Shown piece after piece: positions 57,460-64,000 of a stretch of DNA of 64,000 bases; the stretch's first letter is position 1; every line of letters starts with the position of its first letter. The DNA is from Chthoniobacteraceae bacterium. Its GTDB lineage: Bacteria; Verrucomicrobiota; Verrucomicrobiia; Chthoniobacterales; Chthoniobacteraceae. The notes beneath the pieces are model-generated. The model was not told the DNA's origin. It searched no databases and saw only the letters and a program-made list of their open reading frames with translations. The stretch spans positions 15,192 to 79,191 of the forward strand of contig JANNXQ010000194.1 of NCBI GenBank assembly GCA_031409655.1. Reading direction: 5' to 3'. Both the position numbers and the translations under genes were made by a program.

Positions 57460-58598
57460 GGGGTGCGCTGGCGGGTGGCCAGTTCGGCGAGGGCGGCCTT
57501 CGCATCCGTGCGGCGATAGTCGCGATTTCCGATCGTCACGAAGTCGTCCTTCCAGCGCGTCGGCCATTTGCAAAAGCCCTCGATCGCCTGCCAGAAGACC
57601 CGCTGGAGCTGATCGAGATCGCCGCTGGGGCGGTCCCCTTCCAGCGTCTTCCACTGCGCCATGGCCTGCGCGAGCTGCGTCCACGTTTCGCGATTCACGG
57701 GATCGGTTTCATCGAAGGGCGCATAGGAGAGCCAGCGCACTTTCCGCGGCGTGATCTTGCGCAGCAGGGAGTAACTCTCGACGCGCGCGAGCTGCCGCTG
57801 CTGCTCGGGCGATTTCGCGAGTTCGGCAGGGAAGCTGTTGCGCAGCGCGGCGACGGCGGCGAGCAGTCCCTCTGGCGGGATCGCGGTCGGCTGGGCGATG
57901 AAAAGATCGCGGCTTCCGCCCGCCAGCTCAAACCGCGCGACGCCCGCGCTGTAGGCGACGATGTAGGGACGCCGCAACTCGGGCGGACCGAAGTCGCGGT
58001 CGAGTTTCACGATCGCCTCGTAGTGTCCGGAACGATGCCCGGCGCGCTCGGCGAGATGCATGTGCGCGGAGACCAGCACTTCGTGCAGCCAGGCGTTTGT
58101 CTTCGGATCGGCGCGCACGGCGGCCATGGCGCCGGCATCCCCACTCAAGCGCGTCGCTTGCTCCAGCACCGTCTGCCAGTTGAGCGGGGATTCGGTGAGC
58201 GCGGAATTGAGCGCGCGGATCTGCGTGGCGCTCGCGCTCGGCGGCGCATTCTGCGCGAGCGGCCGGATCGGCACCGTGCGCGCCGGATCGCTGCCTGCGG
58301 AGGGCGTGGAAAAGAGATGCTCGAGCTTCCAGTCGCGGCTCACGAGCAGCCCGGCGATGAGCGCGGCGAGGGTGAGCGGCAGAGCCAGGCGCGCCAGCCA
58401 TTCGCCGAAGTGGCGCGGGGAAAACTCGCGGCGCGTGCGCAGTCGCGCAGCGAGCGCGGGATTCGCGTCGAGAAATTGCGCGGTCGTCACCCGTCCTGCC
58501 CACTCGGGATTCGTGGCCCCGTAGATCGCGACCGCGCGTTCTGCGTCGGAAAGCGCGAGCGGCTCAGGGTTGCCGGGCGGTGCTGGGAGTTCGTCCAT
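57456..58598 (-). CDS. Hypothetical single-TM protein
   Basis: 380-aa ORF, TM LALPLTLAALIAGLLV, ATGA-coupled to the downstream gene. Confidence 0.7.
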   Translation of the reverse strand: MDELPAPPGNPEPLALSDAERAVAIYGATNPEWAGRVTTAQFLDANPALAARLRTRREFSPRHFGEWLARLALPLTLAALIAGLLVSRDWKLEHLFSTPSAGSDPARTVPIRPLAQNAPPSASATQIRALNSALTESPLNWQTVLEQATRLSGDAGAMAAVRADPKTNAWLHEVLVSAHMHLAERAGHRSGHYEAIVKLDRDFGPPELRRPYIVAYSAGVARFELAGGSRDLFIAQPTAIPPEGLLAAVAALRNSFPAELAKSPEQQRQLARVESYSLLRKITPRKVRWLSYAPFDETDPVNRETWTQLAQAMAQWKTLEGDRPSGDLDQLQRVFWQAIEGFCKWPTRWKDDFVTIGNRDYRRTDAKAALAELATRQRTP

Positions 58599-58712
58599 GC
58601 GAGTGAGGAAGAGATTTTTGCGCAGGCGCCCGGAGGCGTCCTTCGCTCATCCTCTTCAATCTCATCATCCTCCGCTTTTCCATCCGAAGGGAGGATGAAG
58701 ATGGGGCACGCC

Positions 58713-60422
58713 TCACCGGGCCTGCACCGCCGGAGCCTTCACCTGCGGCCCTGCCTTGACGTCGAAAAGCGCGAGGACATTCACCGCCGCCGCCTTCGGA
58801 TAGGTGGCGATCATCTTGCGCGCGAGCGCCACCGCATCGGCCTGCCGGTTTGCCGCTTTGTGTACGAAAATTTCGTGAATCGCCACCCGGCACGCATCCT
58901 CCGGATCCTTGTAGAGCGCGCGGGCTTCCTTGAAAAAACTCAGCGCATCCGCCTTCTCGCCAGCCGCCACTTTCAGCAAGCCGAGCCCTTCGTAGATGAT
59001 GCCGCTGCGCAGCTTCCTCGCCGAGGAACGCAACGCCGTTTCTCCCGCCGCGCGGTTTTTCCCAAACCAGAGCTTCGCCCCCTCGCGATACTCTGCCCAT
59101 TCACCGCTCGCGGGTTTTTCCTCCAGCAAACCGCCGCCGCGGAAGGGCCGATAGATCGGATCGCCCACAAAGGTCGTCTGCCAGGACAGGAAGCGCTGCG
59201 CCATGTAGGCGCTCTCGGCAAAGGTGAAGCCGGCGCGCAGTCGCTCGTGGAAGACATCCAGATTGGGCGTCAGCGAAAGATACGGTTCATAGACATTTCC
59301 GAGAGTGGCCGCGGCGCCCAGATTGAGCAGCGGTCCCACCCACGCCGCGGTCTTCGAGCGCACCGTGCCGCCGCTGTAAGAATGAATGTGGACCGCCACC
59401 GCGCCGCGCTCGAAACGGAAGCCCGGCGAGGCCAGCGCCCCGATCACGTCGCCCGAATACCAGCCAAAGTAGAGCGCAGTCTCTTTCATCGGATAGCCGG
59501 AGGGGAAGAGGTCCGGGCCATTGTCGAGCACCACCGGGCTGCCGCGCTTGCGCGCCTCGGTCGCGATATTCCGCAGCCACTCATCGCCCTCCGCATAGCC
59601 GCCCTCGCCCGTGAGGCCCCGGGCATCGACGTAGGCAAAACCCGCGAGACCTTCCTTTTCCGCCGCGATGGAATCCGTGATCATCCGCCGGACGATTTCC
59701 GGCGTCGGGCCATCCAGCCGGCAGACCAGCAGCAGTTCCGGGATTTTGAATTCCGTGATGCTCGAGAAAGCGCGGAAGTAAGGATTCGTCACGATGCCGG
59801 AGATAAAACGTGAGCGCATCGCGAGCAGCGCCAGCTCGGAGTCCACCGCCGCCTCATTGTGCGTGGCCACGGATTCCGGCCCTGCCTGCCGGTCGCCCGG
59901 ATAGCCCACGGCCGGCGAGATCTTGAGCGGGATCCCGCGCATCAGGGCGACGTAGCGGATCATATTCCACTCCACCGGGCTCAGCGGGCTGCCGAGATCC
60001 CGCAGCTTCCAGAGATTGTTCACCGTCAGCGCGCGGCGCAGCGGATCGGCGATGGTCTGATCGTACTCGTCGCGATTGATCTCCTCGAAGGTCGAGCACT
60101 TCAGACCCACCATGTTGGCCTTCGGGATGCCGCGTTTTTCGACGTAGAACTCGGCGAGATCCTTCGAGTCGGCATCCGCGGTATTAAAGACGACCAGCGT
60201 CGCCGCCGCCTCCGGGCTCACTGCTCCAACGCCGGAGTTTGGAAAAAGTCCCTCTTGGGCGCGGGCGGAAGTCAGGGCGAGGACGAGTACCAGCAGGTGC
60301 GCAGGAAATCCGAAATCCGAAATCCGAAATCCGAAACAAATTTCAAAGGACGGAAATCTGGAAACGGCGGGGCGTCGACGCGGGGCGATGCGTTTTTCTG
60401 TTTTCAAAAATTTGGCTCCCAT
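58713..60422 (-). CDS. TIGR03790-family protein with C-terminal TPR-like helices
   Basis: LVVFN, GIPLKI, AAVDSEL, NPYF, LVCRLDGP, YFGWY, GAVAVHIHSYS, GNVYEPYL, LSWQTTFVGDPIYRPF; start uncertain. Confidence 0.88.
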   Translation of the reverse strand: MGAKFLKTEKRIAPRRRPAVSRFPSFEICFGFRISDFGFPAHLLVLVLALTSARAQEGLFPNSGVGAVSPEAAATLVVFNTADADSKDLAEFYVEKRGIPKANMVGLKCSTFEEINRDEYDQTIADPLRRALTVNNLWKLRDLGSPLSPVEWNMIRYVALMRGIPLKISPAVGYPGDRQAGPESVATHNEAAVDSELALLAMRSRFISGIVTNPYFRAFSSITEFKIPELLLVCRLDGPTPEIVRRMITDSIAAEKEGLAGFAYVDARGLTGEGGYAEGDEWLRNIATEARKRGSPVVLDNGPDLFPSGYPMKETALYFGWYSGDVIGALASPGFRFERGAVAVHIHSYSGGTVRSKTAAWVGPLLNLGAAATLGNVYEPYLSLTPNLDVFHERLRAGFTFAESAYMAQRFLSWQTTFVGDPIYRPFRGGGLLEEKPASGEWAEYREGAKLWFGKNRAAGETALRSSARKLRSGIIYEGLGLLKVAAGEKADALSFFKEARALYKDPEDACRVAIHEIFVHKAANRQADAVALARKMIATYPKAAAVNVLALFDVKAGPQVKAPAVQAR

Positions 60423-60450
60423 GGTTTCGGATTTCGAGCTTCGGACTTTC
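60305..60450. repeat. Inverted heptamer element (GAAATCC)n / (GGATTTC)n overlapping the TIGR03790 start
   Basis: (GAAATCC)x4 at 60305-60332 and a degenerate complementary arm at 60423-60450. Confidence 0.8.
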
Positions 60451-60454
60451 CCGA

Positions 60455-61234
60455 CTAAATTTCGATCTTCATCCCATCGAAGGCGATCCGCACCCCGGCC
60501 GGCAGCGCCGCTTCCGTCTCCGCATGCCCCAGCTCGTGACAAAGATGGGTGAACCACGTCTGCCCAGGCCGCACTTTTTTCGCCACTTCGAGCGCTTCGC
60601 TGACATTCATATGGGTCGGGTGATCACGGTGCCGGAGCGCATCCACGATGAGATGCCGCACGCCTCTGATCCGTTCAATCACCTCCCCGGGCACGCCGCT
60701 GCAGTCGCTCAGATAGGCCGCGAGTTTCACCCCGCCGCGGGAGAAAAGATAGCCGGTGACATTCGAGCGCCCATGCGGCACGTCCAGCGGCTCGATCTCC
60801 GTCCCGCCGAGCTGGAATGGGCCCTCGACCAGGCGCGGCTCAGGCCGGAGGTAACCTGGCCAGCGGTTCTCCCCGTTGAAGGCAAATTCATACACCCGCC
60901 GCAACGCGAGCATGGTCTCCGGCGAGGCATAGACCGGCAGATCCCGCGACCCGAAGCAGAACGGGCGCAGATCATCGAAGCCCATGATGTGATCCGTGTG
61001 CGCATGGGTGAAAATGACGGCGTCGAGCGTCTCGATCCCGGCCCGCAGACACTGCGTGCGGAAGTCCGGCCCCGTGTCCACCACCCACGACGCCTCCGGC
61101 GTCTGCACATGGATCGAAGCCCGCATCCGGCAGTCGCGCGGATCCTCTGAGCCGCAGACCGCGCAGCCGCAACCGATCACCGGCACCCCCATCGAGGTCC
61201 CAGTCCCGAGAAAGGTGAGCGTGAATTCTGGCAT
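60455..61234 (-). CDS. PhnP-like MBL-fold hydrolase
   Basis: FLGTGTSMGVP..GC.C.VC, VDTGPDFR, THAHTDHIMGFDDLR, YLSDC, HPTH, THLCH. Confidence 0.93.
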   Translation of the reverse strand: MPEFTLTFLGTGTSMGVPVIGCGCAVCGSEDPRDCRMRASIHVQTPEASWVVDTGPDFRTQCLRAGIETLDAVIFTHAHTDHIMGFDDLRPFCFGSRDLPVYASPETMLALRRVYEFAFNGENRWPGYLRPEPRLVEGPFQLGGTEIEPLDVPHGRSNVTGYLFSRGGVKLAAYLSDCSGVPGEVIERIRGVRHLIVDALRHRDHPTHMNVSEALEVAKKVRPGQTWFTHLCHELGHAETEAALPAGVRIAFDGMKIEI

Positions 61235-61294
61235 GCGCGGGCGGGACGGTAAGGGGGTGCCACGAGGTTGTCGAACGATTCGCTCCCCTCGTCC

Positions 61295-61381
61295 GTCGTG
61301 CTCTTGCTCGTAATCGTAATCGTCCTCGTCCTCGTCCTCGTCCTCGAAAATCCCTCGATCGAGGACGATTACGAGCACGAC
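61295..61381. repeat. Hexamer-based palindrome (CTCGTC/AATCGT units) between divergent genes
   Basis: GTCGTGCTC..CTCGTAATCGTAATCGTCCTCGTCCTCGTCCTCGTCCTCG ... CGAGGACGATTACGAGCACGAC. Confidence 0.8.
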
Positions 61382-61430
61382 TCCGCGGGCTCTTGCGCTG
61401 TCGCCAGACCTCCCTATCATCCGCGCCCCT

Positions 61431-63266
61431 ATGTCCACCACGACCGAAAAACACGACTTCCAAGCCGAGATCGGGCAACTGCTCGATATCGTCACCCACT
61501 CGCTCTACACGGACAAAGAGATCTTCGTCCGCGAGCTCATCTCGAATGCCGCCGATGCCTCCGAGAAGCTGAAGTTTCTCCAGACTTCCGGCGCCGAAAT
61601 CATCGAGCCGGAGACCCCGATTAAGATCAACGTCTCAACGGATGATCAGGCGAAAACCTTCACCATCACCGATGCCGGCATTGGCATGACCCACGATGAG
61701 CTGATCGAAAATCTCGGCACCATCGCGCACTCGGGCTCGAAGGCTTTTCTGGAGCAACTCAAGGCCAGCCAGGCCGACGCGAATCTCATCGGCCAGTTCG
61801 GCGTGGGCTTCTACGCCGCCTTCATGGTGGCGGAGAAAGTCACCGTTTACTCCCGGTCCTATAAGCCCGGCGAACCAGGCTGGATCTGGACGAGCGACGG
61901 ACGCACGGGCTACGAGATCGAGCCCGCGGGCGCGATCGATCGCGGCACGAAGATCGTCGTGCAACTTAAGGACACGGAGTTTGCCACGGCCTCACGCGTC
62001 GAGCAGATCATCCGGCATTACTCGAATTTCGTCCCGATCCCAATCGAGCTGAATGGCACCGCGGTGAACACCGTGCAGGCGCTCTGGACGAAGAATAAGA
62101 GCGAGGTGGGCGAGGCGGACTACGAGGAATTCTACAAGTACATCGGGCACGACACCGAGGCGCCCACTTATCGGCTGCACTTCAATGCGGACGCCCCGCT
62201 TTCGATCCGCACGCTGCTCTTCGTGCCGGCCAGGAACCACGAACTTTTCACCATGACGCGCGGCGAGCCCGAGGTGTCTCTTTACTGCCGGAAGATCCTC
62301 ATCCAACCAAAGGCCAAGGGCATCTTCCCCGAGTGGCTGCGCTTCCTGCGCGGCGTGGTGGATAGCGAAGATCTGCCGCTGAATATCTCGCGCGAGACGA
62401 TGCAGGATTCGGCGCTGCTCCGGAAGCTGAACGATGTGCTGACTAAGCGCGTGATCAAGTGGCTGGACGAAGAGGCCAAGGCTGACCCGGAAAAATATGA
62501 CCGCTTCTTTAAGGAGCACGGGCATTGCTTGAAGGAAGGCATCGGCTCGGATTGGTCGCACCGCGAAGCGCTCGGGAAGCTGCTGCGTTACGAGTCGTCC
62601 TTTACCGAAACCGGCAAGACCACCGGGCTCGCGGATTACGTGAGCCGGATGCCGGCGGAGCAGACGGAGATCTACTATCTCTCCGCGCCGAATCGGGAGG
62701 CTGCGCTCGCCAGCGCTTACTACGAAATCTTCCGGGCGAAGAAGTTCGAGGTGCTCTTCCTCGATCAACCGCACGATGAATTCGTGATGGAGCATCTGCG
62801 CACTTTTGATGGCAAGAAGCTGGTTGCGGCAGAGAAGTCCGATCTAAAGCTCGAGCAGGAATCGACCGCGCTGGGCGCGGACGAGGCGCGGCTGCTGGCC
62901 AATTTCATGAAAGAAACCCTCGGCAAGCGCGTCGGCGAAGTGCGCGTCTCGAAGCGGCTGGTGGGCAGCCCCGTCGTCGCGGTGGAAAGCGATGCGCAAC
63001 TCACCACCGGCATGCGGCGGGTGATGAAGATGATGGGCAAGGATCAGGGCGAGGAGTTCGACGCCAAGCCGGACCTCGAGATCAATCCGGATAACCCGCT
63101 GCTCGCGCAGCTCGATAAAGCGCGCGCCTCCGATCCCGCCATGGCGGGACTGATTGCCGAGCAGCTCTTTGATAGCGCCCTCATGGCCGCTGGCCTGCTG
63201 GAAGAACCGCGCGCGATGCTGGCGCGGGTCAATGCGCTCATGGAGAAGCTGCTAGCCAAAGGATGA
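61431..63266 (+). CDS. htpG: Molecular chaperone HtpG (Hsp90)
   Basis: FQAEI, HSLYTDKEIFVRELISNAADA, DAGIGMT, LGTIAHSG, IGQFGVGFY, DSEDLPLNISRE, LEINP. Confidence 0.97.
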   Translation: MSTTTEKHDFQAEIGQLLDIVTHSLYTDKEIFVRELISNAADASEKLKFLQTSGAEIIEPETPIKINVSTDDQAKTFTITDAGIGMTHDELIENLGTIAHSGSKAFLEQLKASQADANLIGQFGVGFYAAFMVAEKVTVYSRSYKPGEPGWIWTSDGRTGYEIEPAGAIDRGTKIVVQLKDTEFATASRVEQIIRHYSNFVPIPIELNGTAVNTVQALWTKNKSEVGEADYEEFYKYIGHDTEAPTYRLHFNADAPLSIRTLLFVPARNHELFTMTRGEPEVSLYCRKILIQPKAKGIFPEWLRFLRGVVDSEDLPLNISRETMQDSALLRKLNDVLTKRVIKWLDEEAKADPEKYDRFFKEHGHCLKEGIGSDWSHREALGKLLRYESSFTETGKTTGLADYVSRMPAEQTEIYYLSAPNREAALASAYYEIFRAKKFEVLFLDQPHDEFVMEHLRTFDGKKLVAAEKSDLKLEQESTALGADEARLLANFMKETLGKRVGEVRVSKRLVGSPVVAVESDAQLTTGMRRVMKMMGKDQGEEFDAKPDLEINPDNPLLAQLDKARASDPAMAGLIAEQLFDSALMAAGLLEEPRAMLARVNALMEKLLAKG

Positions 63267-63343
63267 GAAGACAGTCAAGGTAACCAACCTGCGATCCATT
63301 AACGGTCGCGCGACAACACCAAAACCAAACCAATCATACACCC

Positions 63344-63766
63344 ATGAAAATCCATCCCCTATTTGCCGCCGTGACCGCCGCAGCGTTGAGCCTCACCGCC
63401 TGCGAACAAAAAGTCGAAAAGGCTGCGGCTGACGCCAAAGCGAAAATCGAAGAGACGGCCACCACGGCCAAGGAAGGCGCGGAGAACGTCGCCAAGAAAG
63501 CCGCGGATGCCGCCGGCAAAGTCAGCAAGGAAGCCGGTGACGCGGTGAAGGCTGCCGGCGACAAGGCTGTCGGCGCGGCCAAGGAAGCGACCGACAAGGC
63601 CGCCGGTGCCGCCAAGGAAGCCGCGGACAAAGCCGTGGGCGCGATGAAGGAGACCGCAGACAAAGCCGCTGACGCCGCCAAGGAAGGCGCTGCCAAAGCC
63701 GCTGACGCGGTGAAGGACGCCGCGACCCCAGTCGTTCCTCCAGCACCCGAAGCACCGAAGCCGTAA
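63344..63766 (+). CDS. Ala/Lys-rich repetitive lipoprotein (LEA-like 11-mer repeats)
   Basis: Lipobox LTAC; repeats of the type AADKAVGAAKE. Confidence 0.85.
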   Translation: MKIHPLFAAVTAAALSLTACEQKVEKAAADAKAKIEETATTAKEGAENVAKKAADAAGKVSKEAGDAVKAAGDKAVGAAKEATDKAAGAAKEAADKAVGAMKETADKAADAAKEGAAKAADAVKDAATPVVPPAPEAPKP

Positions 63767-63790
63767 GCTCGTTTCCGCAAGACATTGAAG

Positions 63791-63821
63791 AGCCCCGGTC
63801 TCGCAAGAGGCCGGGGTTTTT
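63791..63821 (+). terminator. Rho-independent terminator
   Basis: AGCCCCGGTCTC-gcaa-GAGGCCGGGGTT followed by a T-run, 25 nt after the stop. Confidence 0.85.
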
Positions 63822-63828
63822 CGCGTTT

Positions 63829-63874
63829 TGGAAGCGCCGCCGTCCGCGTGGGGCACGAGACGGCGGCGCTCCCA
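63829..63874. repeat. REP-like palindrome, family GGGAGCGCCGCCGTC, minimal copy 3
   Basis: TGGAAGCGCCGCCGTC ... GACGGCGGCGCTCCCA. Confidence 0.75.
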
Positions 63875-64000
63875 GTCGGCTGACAGCCTGTTCCAAAACC
63901 TCTGGGGCCTCGGTGGATGGTGTCGCTCCGCGCGCCATGACTCGCTTCGCGCGCCGCGCCACTCTGAAAGATGGGCCTGCGGCCAGAGTTTGGCATGGCG

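Overview
GC-rich bacterial chromosomal window, most likely Verrucomicrobiota (inferred from the PVC-type heme-binding dehydrogenase, TIGR03790 protein, 'FxTTxWS'-type ECF sigma next to a Ser/Thr kinase, and mostly SD-less starts). Housekeeping genes (ftsK, rodZ-like, nagAB, gltA, sucCD, tilS, serS, htpG, manA) alternate with accessory patches. Two loci stand out. (1) 40314-45903 (-): ECF sigma -> membrane Ser/Thr kinase -> two exported proteins. The kinase and both partners end in the same unrecognised 153-aa domain (exactly 462 nt from a conserved Trp codon to the stop in all three). The partners carry different, AT-richer N-terminal modules, and each is preceded by a 222-bp palindromic element that is open in the coding frame. 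Two of the genes have a single in-frame TGA (one at the conserved Trp). (2) 2160-6563: three different TIR-domain genes (TIR-NB-ARC-TPR, TIR-SLOG fusion, truncated COR-TIR), a candidate NLR/Thoeris-like defence cluster. Also present: two type II TA pairs (one splitting sucC from sucD), a DUF433 remnant, a dynamin-like gene, and several families of palindromic or heptamer repeats. I recognised no rRNA, tRNA, CRISPR array or transposase. All family calls come from motif recognition by eye, not database searches.
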